From Callorhinchus milii (Eukaryota), in contig NW_024704743.1 of NCBI RefSeq assembly GCF_018977255.1, positions 63,738,001 to 63,802,000 of the forward strand: DNA of 64,000 nucleotides, given 5' to 3'. Position numbers and translations under genes: made by a program. The notes below the pieces were generated by a model. It was not told where the DNA came from, made no database searches, and saw nothing but the letters and a program-made list of their open reading frames with translations. This document shows positions 38,037 through 50,252 of the stretch, one piece after another; within the stretch, counting starts at the first letter, position 1; the number at the start of each line of letters is the position of its first letter.

Positions 38037-38213
38037 GACTTTGAAATTTTCTGTCTAGCATTTGAGAGCAAGTTTTGAACAATTCTTAAATTCAGTCTTC
38101 ATTTTGAAGCCATTTTTCTGTAGTTCTTAAAATAACCTATACAAACCAGCTATAAAACTTAGATTAAATTTAAGGATTGACAAAATTTGTTCTCAAATGC
38201 TAAGAAAAAAGTC
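38037..38213. repeat. AT-rich palindromic (MITE-like) element
   Basis: ~55-nt imperfect inverted arms (TAGCATTTGAGAGCAAGTTTTG.. / ..CAAAATTTGTTCTCAAATGCTA); related arm at ~8590-8650. Confidence 0.65.
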
Positions 38214-38586
38214 CATGACGGTGGAATTTCTCTTATTGGAAAGGAATATGGGAAAATGCAGCATTATATAAGAACTAGTGTAGTGTATAAGGGATCAAAA
38301 GCACAAATTAGGGGTATTCCCAAGCTTTCTGTACAATGACTTTTTAAAAATTGGATTTAGTCCATTTGGCAATTAAGTAAAAGTCATGTGGAGATTGTGT
38401 ATCGATAAAGCAATCCACCCAGTCACGTGAACAGGAACAAAGGAAGTATGAAAAACTGAGGAATGGTGGCATTTTATTTGGTTGTTTCACAATAATGTGA
38501 TTCCTTTTGTGACTTCACATTTATTATTCTGGAAATGTTGGTAGGATACTCCTAGTTTAGGCCTACATACGAAAGTACTAAACATA

Positions 38587-38806
38587 AAATACTCCAGATG
38601 CTAGAAATTTGAAACAAGAACAGAAGTCACTGGGAACACTCAGCAGGTCAGGCAGAATCTCCGGAGAAAGGAAAGTGAGTCAACGTTTCGGGTCCACAAC
38701 CCTTCGTCAGAACTGGGGCATGTTGGGAGCCTCTGCCTGACCTGCTGAGTGACTCTGCTTGAGATGCTGCCTGACCTGCTAAGTAATCCCAGCGACTTCT
38801 GTTTTT
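38587..38806. mobile_element. Penelope-like terminal-repeat remnant forming an inverted repeat
   Basis: Arms ~38619-38661 and ~38761-38803 (ACTCAGCAGGTCAGGCAG motif); encloses a hammerhead core. Confidence 0.75.
38678..38714 (-). ncRNA. Minimal type-I hammerhead ribozyme motif
   Basis: Minus strand reads AGUU-CUGACGA-A-GGGU-UGUGG-ACCC-GAAAC-GUU-GACU. Confidence 0.72.
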
Positions 38807-38940
38807 GCTACATATGAAAGTTTTGGTTAATAAAATTTTAAATGCAAATTTGAATACCATTATATTCTTAACTATAGATCAAAGGATAAGTATTCTTGAG
38901 CCATAAACAAGATACAGTATTTCAGAGGGGATCTTAAAAA

Positions 38941-41168
38941 CAACAACAAAATTACATTTATAGAGCGCCTTTCATGTCGGGAGGACGTCCCAAAGCGCTG
39001 AACAGTCAGGTGTCAGGGCCTGAGCACGGGGGAGGGGTAGTGTATGGGTGAGGGAAGGCAGAGAGGTGGGAGGGCGACCAAAAGCACGGTTGAAGAAAAG
39101 GGTCTTGAGACCGGCCTTGAAGGAGATAAGGGAGGAAGCGAGGCGAAGGGACCGTGGGATGGAGTTCCAGACTGTGGGGGCAAAGAGGCTGAAAGCCCGG
39201 CCACCGATAGTAGGGCAGATTGGGCGGGAGACACGGAGCAGGCCGGAGCCCGATAAACGGAGGGAGCGGGCAGGTTGGTAGGGAGTCAGCAGGTCAGAGA
39301 GGTAGGAGGGGCAAGGCCATGAATGGCCTTAACAGTGAGGACAAGGATCTTGAACTCGATCCTCTGGGGGATGGGGACCCAATGGAGTCAGGTGAGGGTG
39401 GGAGTGATGGGGTCACGGAGCCTGATGCGTGAGAGTACACGAGCTGCAGTTTTGGATGATCTGCAGCTTGTGAAGGGAAGAGTTGGGAAGGCCGATGAGG
39501 AGGGAGTTCCCGTAATCAAGCATTGAGGTAACGAATGGGTGGGTGAGGGTATCGGTAGCCTGAGGGGTGAGAGTGAGGCGGAGTCTAGCTATGTTGTGGA
39601 GGTGGTGGTAGGCAGTGCCGGTCATGGCACAGATGTGGGGGAGAAAGGACAGTTCAGGGTCAAACAAGACACCCAGGTTCCTGACTGGCTTAGTGAGGTT
39701 GTGTGTGCAGCCGTGGAGGCTGATGCTGCCAGCGCCTGAGGTGCGGAGGCACTGGCGCGAGCCAATCAGGAGGGCCTTGGTCTTACTGACGTTGAGTTGG
39801 AGAAAGTTGTCCCTCGTCCAGGACTTGATGTCGGACAGGCAGTCGGTCAGGACGCCAGTAGTCCTGGAGTTCAGGGTGGAATCAGAGAGGTAGAGTTAGG
39901 TGACATCCGCATACATGTGGAACTTTACCCCATGTCTGCGGATGACGTCACCAAGGGGGAGCATGTAGAGGGTAAAGAGGAGGGGACCGAGGACAGAGCC
40001 CTGAGGAACACCACACGAGACAGTGCAGGGGTTGGAGGAGAAGCCGTTTGCCGCGACGAAGTGGAGGTGGTGTGAAGGGTAGGACCTGAACCAGTCAAGT
40101 ACAAGGTGGGAGGAGGCAGTGGAGGATTGAGAGGTCCACAATGTCAAAGGCGGTGGAGAGGTCGAGGAGGACGAGGAGGCAGAGGGAACCCTGGTCACAC
40201 ATAGTCAGGATGTTGTTTGTGACCTTGACCAGTGGGCAACACGGAAACCCGATTGGAGGGGTTCGTGAAGGGAGAGGAGAGGAAAGAGTGAAGCTGGGAG
40301 GCAACGGTTCTCTCAAGGACCTTGGATAGGAAGGGGAGATTTGAGATGGGTCGGTAGCTGGATAGCTGTGATGGGTCGAGGGAAGGTTTGTTCAAGGTGG
40401 GGGTGATAGTGGCTGTTTTGAGGGGGGAAGGAACAGTGCCAGATGACAGGGAGAGGTTAATGATATCGGCGAGAAGTGGGGCAAGAAGATGGAGCTGGGA
40501 TTTAAGGAGAGGGATGGGGTCGAGGGAGCAGGTGGTGGATTTTGTGGAGGTTACCGTGTTGAAGATAGAGGAGTGGGTGACAGGTTTAAAGGTGTGGAAG
40601 GAGGAATGGATAATTGTCGGATGCGTAATTATGTGGGGTGGGGGTAGGGAGGGGTTGGAAGTTGGGAGGGCAGTGGCAGCTGAGTGGATTCCCTCGATTT
40701 TGGACTCAAGGAAGTCCAGCATTTTATCGCAGTGAGAGTTAAAGGAAAGTATCTGCGAGGCGTGTGGAGAGGGCAGAGGAGCCGGTTAATGGTGGAGAAT
40801 AGGAGCCTGGGATTGCCTTTCCCCTCCAGGATTAACCTGGAATAGAAGGATGATTTGAGGCGAGAGTGGAGAGGTAGTTCTTGATGAGGTCCAGCCAGAT
40901 GTGGCGGTGGACCGTTAAGCTGAATTTGAGCCAAGTGTGTTCGGCAGACCGCACCCGGCCCTTAAGCAAGCGGAGGTGGCTGGTGAACCAGGGTGAGGAT
41001 CGGGAATAGGAGGCAGTTCGGGATGCGAAGGGAGCAAGGACGTCGAGTGTAGTGGAAAGGGTGCTGTGAAGAAGAGTGATTGCAGCGAGTGGGTTGTTGT
41101 GAGAGGTGGGCCAGAGGGAGAGATCAGAGGACTCCAGGGCAGCGGAGAGGGATTTCGGGGCGATCTTC
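38941..41168 (-). mobile_element. L2 LINE, ~2.2 kb, 5'-truncated
   Basis: [51 protein letters not shown]; tail. Confidence 0.94.
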
Positions 41169-42529
41169 TTAAAGTTTATAAGAATCTTAACATGGTATAT
41201 GGCTTTCTTTATACCCAAATCTCTCTTGCCATTTGTGTTGAGGTATTCCATATTCTCTGTGTAAAACAAATCTAACTCCCCTCCTAGATTTTCAGTTTAT
41301 TAGGGTAAGGAATTCCTACTATCTCTTCTCTCACTTTGTTGATTATTCTGGATTTGTTTTTTCTGGATTTTGAGTTCCATTAACTGTTTGTGTGTGTGTT
41401 TGTGGGTGTGCGGGTGGAGGGTAAGCTGGATCTCCTTGGAACTACGCTTGGTAAGGGAGGTTGGAATTGAGTCAACTCTTTGGAATCTTCTTAGTCTGGT
41501 TCCTGAGCCAGACGGGTCCATAGTACTTGAGTCAACCTGCTTCGTCAGCAAGAGGGGACACTGATCGCTAGGAGCAGGGACTCGGGACTTTTGCCGCTCA
41601 ACTTCTTTTAACCCTGCAAGATGAAACTCATGCAGGTAGGCTGGTCGACCAGTAAGTGTTTGGTTTGCAGAGTCAACAGTAGTCATCGTGACAAGCAGTG
41701 GAAAGCTTGACAGTGAACTCAATGGCAAGTTATGTGGTTTATTTAGTTAAAAGTTGAGCAGCACCCCAGCGATCTCTGGAGTCCTCAAGCTTGTATCTCA
41801 CCAATCTATGCATTATACAACTCTAGAGGGAGAATGTGCATTCTATTCCAGGACATTTACACGTAAAGGTGACATGCAGATGTCAAACTCTTAGTCTAAT
41901 TTGGATACACTGAAACACGGTAATGGGTATCTGCAAGGTGGCTGAACAATAAAAATACCTTAACCTTTGATTAACTATCTCTAGTCCTCTGTTAACTTGC
42001 GCTCCAAGAAAATTGATGCAAAATTATTGTGCAACTTTCTTTATTTTCAATGACAAGTTCATAATCTTTGTTGCATATGGTAAACATATGGTACCACCTC
42101 ATTTATTCTTAGCTTTAGCAGTATTCATGCACTAATGGGTGATAATACTGTCACAAAAACAAATAACGGTCTTATAATGCAAAATGTTAACCTCTCTTAA
42201 ATGTTAATCAACCTGTCACACATTTCTATTCTTTTCTCTTTATTTAAGATTACCAGCAGTTTTTTTAAAATTATAGCCAAATGTTATAAATGCACAACAA
42301 AAATAACTCCTTTCCAGAAATACAATATCAATGTAATAGGCAGCTTTGGGCACGTGACCTAACCAACAAGAAGCCCATAAGATTAAGTCCAAGGACTAGC
42401 AGATAGGTTTACCAGTTCTTGGCTCCAGCGGATAAAAGAAAAAGGAAAACAGGTAAAACACCAATTGAAACCTATTGGAAATAGGTGATTAGCGAGTTGT
42501 TGTAATGTAGCTTCCCAGCGAGCTACATT

Positions 42530-43130
42530 ACAACAACAACAATTTAAACTTATTCACTTTCATTTCATGTGGGGAGAATGTCTCAAAAGTTTTACAAGGA
42601 ACCGTTTTATAAGTGAGAGCCTCATCTGGGAGAATGATGGGTGAGGTGGCAGTCAAAGAGACAGGATTTCAGATGAGATTTGAAAGCAGAAAGAAAGGAA
42701 CCAGGTTGACGGATTTCAGGAGAGAGTTTTAGATGGAGGGGACAAAATGGCTAAAGGCTTGCCACTGATGCTGGTGCAGAAAGGGTGGGTTGGTATGAAG
42801 TAGAATGGAGTTAATGGCCAAGCCAGTAGTAATATAGGAGATTTCAAAGGTAGGGGGATACAAGGTTAACATGGCATTTGAAAATGAGGTTGAGAATCTT
42901 ATGTTGATTTCCTATAGGAGAGGAAGTCACTGGAGCCAGGCAAGAATAGAGTTGCGGGCTTGCAGAGCATACTGTGGCAGAGGTATTTGGGATGTCTGGA
43001 ATTTGTGGAGGGTGGAGCTGGGAAAGCCAGTGAACAGGGTGTCACAAAAGCCAAGCCTAGAGATGACAAAGGCATTGGATGAGTGGCGGAGGGTGGCAAC
43101 GTTGCTGAAATGGAAGGATGCATATTAAAG
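42530..43130 (-). mobile_element. Old L2 3' fragment
   Basis: Diverged match to the 38941-39600 region. Confidence 0.65.
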
Positions 43131-44074
43131 GTGATTTAGTATCCCTTACATCACTTCTGAGGCACATTTTCAAACATGATTACTGAACTGCCTTAAATGA
43201 AAAATGTCAACAAAATCCTGAGTTTTGGCCTGACTGACTTCCTCAATTGCAAGATCAGAGGAAACTGAACTACTTAAATTGCTTCCTCTACACCAGAATG
43301 TAAAACATAAAACACACTTAAAATATTACAGTAAATTACACCACAAATGGTGTACCATACACATACAACAGGATACTGAATCCAATAATAGATTTTTTTT
43401 TACAGCTATTGTCAAAAATCACACAAATAATTTATAGTTAATGTTCTAACATGTTTTTAAAAAAAGCTTGGTTTAAGTTGCAATGCAAAATGTTCCAGTT
43501 TTTGTTTCAATTGCAGCAGCTAGCTATAAACCATCTATTTCAAATGCTGAGTAGCACTAGATCTTAGCATTAAACAAGGTATGAACTATAAAGAGTCTTG
43601 GTAACAAGCAGATAAATAGACTGCAGATGGTGTAAATCTCATCCGAAACAGTTATTTTATCTTATCGTATGTAATGGAAAATATCCAGAGCTTTTGAAGC
43701 CAATGGTGTACGTTTTAGGGATCCCCTCAATGGGTGGGTAGAAGAGAGTAAGATTTCCTAGACTTGAATCATTTTAATAAAAGTGTTATGAGAGTTAAGA
43801 AGAGCCTTAGCCAAGTGGAAGCCTCACATTGGCTCTTATTCTTCTAATTGTCACATCCTTTATTTTCCTGAAGCGTCCATTTTGATTATTGTGACACTGC
43901 ATATGTGGTTCACGATAACATAATGCATTGCGCAGATAAATTTGCAGGGAATTGGACATGGGGCAAAATAGTTAAAGGCAATGAATGGTGCCCAATTGTC
44001 AAATAACTTCATCCTCCTGATATTCTCTGGCCTCTAACTTTATTTTGCTTCAGGCCATAACATACATATCATGA

Positions 44075-44790
44075 TCGTTACATTTGACATAGTGTCTATA
44101 ACAATCATTTCAAAGTGCTTCATATGTAATTACGGTGAAGTATACAAATTCTTTGGTAGGCAAAGATGGCAAGCTGCCATTTTGAGCACAGCAAGGTCCC
44201 ACAAACAACAACAACATTTCATTTATAGAGCGCCTTTCACGTCGGGAGGATGTCCCAAGGCGCTGTACAGTTGGGTCAGGACCCGAGCAGGGGGGAAATG
44301 GTCAGGGTGAGGGGAGGGGGTGAGGAGGGGGTAGAGAGTCGAGAGGGGAACTGAAGTTACGGTTGAAGAGAAAGATCTTGAGACCGGCCTTGAAGGAGGA
44401 AAAGGAGGAGGCGGCGAAGGCACTGGGGGATGGAGTTCCAGAGCCTCGGGGCTGAGAGGCTGAAGGCCCGGCCACCGATGGTAGGGCGGTTGGGGCGGGG
44501 GATGTGGAGCAGACCGGAGCCAGAGGAACGGAGGGTACGGGCAGGTAGGTAGGGGGATAGTAGGTCGGAGAGGTAGGAGGGAGCAAGGCCCTGAATGGCC
44601 TTGTAGGTGAGGATGAGGAAACTGAAAGACCAATTTTCTGGAGGATTATTGACCAAACTGGGACTCTTCTCCTGTCAAATGACGCCACGGGATCTTTAGC
44701 AAACATCTGAACAGGCAGACGGAACCCACTTAAATGATGGCAGCTCCAATAATTCAGCACTCTCCCAGTATTGCACTGGAGTATGTTAGT
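44075..44790 (-). mobile_element. Deu SINE (~44075-44205 and ~44628-44790) split by an L2 3' end (~44205-44625)
   Basis: Deu core resumes after the L2; L2 encodes LAPSYLSDLL..RTLRSS. Confidence 0.75.
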
Positions 44791-47117
44791 GGACTATGAC
44801 GTTCCAGCTTCAGAAGTATTGGAAGAGGACTGTGTTATTCGTTTGAACTCCATATGCCTCAAATTGTCCCATCTAAAGCCACCAATTGCTTTTATTATAT
44901 CAGATATGTAGAATAATAAATAATAATCCCTACATTGGAATTAGCACCTTTCACATTAGGAGGACATCTCAAAATACTTCACAGGATATACTGTAGGCCT
45001 AAAATTGTTCCATTGTAATGCATATATTTGATGAACCAATAAAGAAAATATAATTGGAATTAAACTACTCATTTGTATTGCCACATTAGTTTTAGAATCT
45101 AACAAGATGAATTACTTGCCAAATGATCTATTGCATGTAGGATAGAAGCAAGTTTAAGTTCCGTTCATATTAAAACCAATTTAAATCCTGAATTAATTGC
45201 TGAGGGATGTATGAAATTATATCCTATGTATTATGAAACATTAGGATTTCAGTTTAAACTATAACAAACAAACTTTTCTACCAATGGATGAGAAGAGAGA
45301 ATTCTTTAACCGAAATAGCCTCAATTCAAAGATTAACATTGTCAGATATCTTAATCTGAAAAAGAATTTTCTTTTTAAACAAACAAAATGCACTATGTGG
45401 TGCAGAGGTTTAGTTAGGTCTCATGAACATTAAAGAGATGGGCAGAGGTGGGGGGGGGGGGGAAGAGGGACACAATTAAGAAAGACACTTGAGAAAGACA
45501 ATTCTTCTTTCATCAATGGTAACATTTGGGAAACACTCCTCTCCCAGAAATTACCACCCTTAAACCGAGTTCTTTGCTCAGAGGAGGTAGCATCAAAATG
45601 AAGAGCACCGAAATATAAAATGAATAACTAACTCCTCACCATGCGGGGTCATGAGAAACAAAAGTAGTTAGGAGGTGATGGTACATGTGAAGATTTAACT
45701 TTAAATAATGAAGCTACCTCCACACAAAAATGAAGCACTATGCCAAATTTCTACTGAAATTATTGGTGACATTCATCTGAGCATTTGCATCTTGCTGGAA
45801 CAATGCACAGTAATACAACAATAACCTCCATTTAAATAGCGCCCTTCTCACAGGGTAGCGTCCCAAAACACCAAACAATAATACCAAAACACTTGCAGTC
45901 TTGAGCAGTTGTCAAAACACTAATACTTGGTACTGTACAATCATGAATATTGCTTCAGGTTGATAACTTTCAGATAGCCTCTAGAGAAATCCTCAGTACA
46001 CTGGCCCAGAGGGTGGCCTCTGCAAAGCAGACCAAGCTCAAGTCTTCGATTATAAGCCCTGTGGTGCCAAGGAGCAACAAAGATACATTTACTAGTTACT
46101 ACCAATTTTCTAATTGGTAGAATTAGAAATAGGTCACACCTGAAGATCTTCCTATTCAACCATGCTTACGGCCACCCTTTCCCCTGGCTCGCTGTCGTGC
46201 TTTGTCACTGTCAAGCGCTCTGGGACGTTACCCTGTGTGAGGAGGGGTATATAAATACAAGTTGTTGTTGTTCTAACCCACTGCTTACTAGAGACTTACA
46301 CAAGGTCTTACTTTCAAAGAAAACAGCTGACTTGTATGCTGGTTTGTTTATCCTACTCAATTGAAAATTAATGACCTGTATTTATTAACTGATACACCTT
46401 TGATATTGCTGGAGCAACCAGAAAAGCTTTCAGCACTAAATACAATAGAATTGGAATAGAGAACCAGATTTATACTTAACTCCTCCATACTGGGACTGAA
46501 CAGAGAGATTTGCTAACCAACACCAAACATACATTCAAATGACCTAAACAATGTGCTCAATCAGCTGTGGTACAATCACTTTTATACAGCAGTCAATAAC
46601 AAAGATTTCATTCTGAAACCACAACTTGGAGGTCATTTCAGAAGCAGTTTTCATTATTGAACAAATGCTCTAAAATCAGTTTTATAGTGGTCTCAACATT
46701 GATTGAACGCTAAAGGTGTAGTATAAATGAAACATAAGTGATGCATTCAATAGTAGAACAGTGAAGTGGTGAATACAATTTCAGCAACAGGATTCTGAAC
46801 ATTAGATGAATACAAAAACTAAGGCAGTTCAATAATTCTCTTTGGCCAATAAAAGGCTGCATGAAAAAAAACATAGCTCTCAGTAAATCAGATGCTTAAA
46901 AGGTTCTCAATTTAACTTGCTCAAAACCAAACTCAAGCACCATGAAGATGTCAGGGCCACAGAGGAGATTTACTCGGCTCGTACCAGGGATGAGTAGTTT
47001 GATCTGTGAGTAAAGATTAGAGAAACTTGGCCTATTTTCATTGGAACACAGAAGATTAAAAGGAGAAATGACAAAGATCTTTAAAATTATGAATGATTTC
47101 CCCCCTATCTAATTATC

Positions 47118-47436
47118 GTGGAGTCCTGTAGCTCAGTGGTTAGAGCACTCGCTTTGCAAGTGAGACACCTGGGTTCAATTCCAGGCAGAGGGCGAAACCT
47201 TGGGCAAGTTTCCTTACTCCACACGCCTAATAATAATCCCTCCAAAACCAAAAACAATAATAAATTGGTCATTTTCAATCTACGACTGTTTGTGGGACAT
47301 TGCTGTGCGCAATTGGCTGCCGCGTTCGCCCACAAATATACAGTCAATTCACTTTACAGTGTGTTCTGTGAAGCGCTTTGGGACATCCTCCCAACGTGAA
47401 AAGCGCTATATCAAATGCAAGGATTATTATTATTAT
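47118..47436 (+). mobile_element. Full-length young tRNA-Ala-derived SINE inserted in a CR1 fragment (~46945-47620)
   Basis: Box A/B, TGC anticodon loop, (ATT)n tail; CR1 LGLFSLE.RRL left and RGH right. Confidence 0.92.
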
Positions 47437-48204
47437 AAGAGTAGATGTCAGAAACATTCCACTGGTTGCTAAGTCATTGACTTAGAGGGCATCAATTTAA
47501 GATAGTTAGCAAGGGAGTAAAGGAGCGTTCCACAAAGAAAATTGTTGAAGTGTAGAACTGGGTGCAATGGTTGAGGCAGGGTCCATATTAATTTCAAGAG
47601 GGAACAAAATATCTAAAAGGTTTAATTTAGGGTCCTCCAGACATGAAAAGCTGTAACAAACGTAAAGATTATTATAATTGAGATGCCAGCAAATAATCTC
47701 CACCATATATGAAAGGTTGACAGAAACAATGACTCTCAGCTGTCTCAGAAAGTCCCTGATCTGATAATATTTGGAAGCAAAATAAAAATAGTGGCAGATC
47801 CAGTGAAAAATACAAATCGTATTTACATTTGTATTTTTATATGTATTTACAGTGCTCAAAGACCCTATCTTGCATGAAGAGCACTATATAAATTCACATT
47901 GTATTGTAGTTCAGCCAACAGATCACAAAGAATCATACTTTTGCACAAGCCAAAATATTTCCAGCAATAGGCCCAATAATGTTGAAGTACCTTAATTTAA
48001 TCACTAACAGTCCCTGTGACATGTTCCATATTGAAACCCACACCTTACCAGATGCATTTTATAGGAACAGGATAGTGTAAAATCAGGAAATAATTTACAA
48101 ATTGTGTTTTTCTTCACATGGAAATTTTACTTTCAACTATCATACCAAAGCAAAATATACTAAGAATCAAGAAAGGATTAGGAAACTCAATTAAAGTTTT
48201 TCTT

Positions 48205-48545
48205 CGAGTTTTAAGATCTTCATCCTCACTTTTAAAGCCCTTCACAGTCCCAACATCTGTGATTTACTAAAACCATACCAACCTGCCCACGCCCTCTGCT
48301 CCGACGGCACTGAACTGCTCCATATTTCCAGCCTGGTGGGCAAGCCTTCAGCCTTTCTCCTCCACCCTCTGGAACTCTATCCTGGAGTCCCTTCGACCTC
48401 GCCCCCTCCCTTGCCTCCTCAAGGCCCATCTCAAGTCCTTCCTCATTGACTGTGCCTTCGGTAACTCGAGGATTTCTACCCCAGCTCGGGTACACACCCT
48501 TGACTGTCTAGCGCCTTGGGACATCCTCCGATGTGCAATTTATTA
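48205..48545 (+). mobile_element. L2 3' fragment
   Basis: FKIFILTFKAL remnants, tail. Confidence 0.75.
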
Positions 48546-48709
48546 TTGTTAAAAAAAATCATTCAATATAATTAATAACATGCAACAGTTTAAATACTTC
48601 TTTTCATCTACAGAAGAATTACTAATTTTTTGTTGATGGCTATAATCTCTAAAATGCCACCTGTGAGGAACACTCTCGGAAATGCTTCAAGATGCTGCAC
48701 TGCAATGCC

Positions 48710-49570
48710 ATGCAATGTCATTCCGCAGAGCTCTGTCCTTGGTCCTCTCCTCTTCAATATCTACATGCTCCCTCTTGGTGACATCATCCACAGCCATACA
48801 TGTGGTCAACTTCCACATGTATGCCTCGACTTCAGGACCACTGCTGTCCTGACAGAATGTCTGTCAGACATCAAGTCCTGGATGAGAGCTAATTTTCTTC
48901 AGTTGAACGTCAACAAGACCGAGGCTCTCCTGATTGGTTCCCGTCAGCATCTCCACACCTCAGGCGCTGACAGCATCACCATCCATGGTTGCACACTCCA
49001 CCTCACTAAGCCATCTTGTTTGACCTTCAACTGTCCTTTCCACCCATGTTCACACCATGACCCATTATTATTATTATTATGCTTTCCACCACCACCGCAA
49101 CATTGCCCGGCTCCGCCACTACCTCTCCCCTCAGGCCACTGAAACCTTCATCCACGCATTCATCACATCTAAGCTCAACTATTCCAACTCCTGCTCGTCA
49201 GCCTCCCCAACTCTTCCATCCACAAAGTGCAGATCATTCAGTACCCTGCAGCTCGTGTCCTCTCCCACACCAGGGTCTATGACCTTATCACCCTCATCCG
49301 GCTCCACTAGCTCCCCATCCCCGAGAGGATAGAGTTAAAAATCCTCATCTTCAAAGCCCTCCATGGTCTTGCTCCTTCCTATCTCTATGACCTGCTAACA
49401 TCATATTGACCTGTCTGTTCCCTCTGCTCAGCCTGTTCCACATCCCCCTCCCACCCACCATCGGCGATCAGCCTTTAGCCTTTCTGCCCTCACCCTTTAG
49501 AACTCCATCCCACAGGCTCTTCGCCTTGCTCCCTGCCTTGCATCCTTCAAGCATGTCTCAAGAGCACCTT
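48710..49570 (+). mobile_element. L2 RT-to-3' fragment
   Basis: [30 protein letters not shown]. Confidence 0.88.
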
Positions 49571-49879
49571 GTCGATGCAAAGCAAGGAAAAGTTGAAGAC
49601 CTGATTTCCAGATTGGTCAACAAGTTGATCAGACCAGAATTGAGGCTCAGAATTACATGGACAGCAAGAGTCACAGGTCAAGAGAAGGACCACCAATTGA
49701 CAGTACCCAAAAAAGCTTTCATATTTCCTAGTTTTACCATGCAAATGTTTTAACCCATGGTAAAGTTGTGGTTCCTTCATTTAAATATTTTAGATATCAC
49801 CATAATAAATGCAAAATATACAATTCTTTGTTATGTATTCCTAAACCATCTGTTCCTACCTTGTTTTGTACTCCGAGTT

Positions 49880-50252
49880 ATATAATAATAATCCTTGTAT
49901 TTGATATAACTCCTTACCACGTCTTCAAGACATCTCAAAGCGTTTCACAGAACTTCGTGCAAAGTGAACTGACTGTATTTTATGGGTGAAATGCAGCAGC
50001 CAATTCTGCACAGCAGTGTCCCATGAACAGTCGTGGACTGAAGTGATCAATTTATTATTATTTATTTTTGAAGGAATTATTACTCCCGGAAAAGCGATCT
50101 GTCAATCGACTAACAAACGGGTTCCTGCTTACTGCTAGGTAAACAGAGGCGTGTGGAGTAAGGAAACTTGCCTAATATTTTACCCTGCCGGGAATTGAAC
50201 CCATGTCTCTCGCTTCCGAGGGACTGCTCTAACCACTGAGCTGCAGGACTCC
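49880..50252 (-). mobile_element. Full-length SINE long variant
   Basis: tRNA head, extra ~63-nt segment, shared tail. Confidence 0.88.

Noticed and set aside
45450..45462. Poly-G/C runs (also ~51711 and ~59696) as functional G-quadruplexes
   Set aside because: Simple homopolymers with no supporting context
47118..47195. Bona fide tRNA-Ala gene
   Set aside because: Multiple diverged copies, each continuing into a SINE body; T-stem mismatch; no oligo-T terminator after the head
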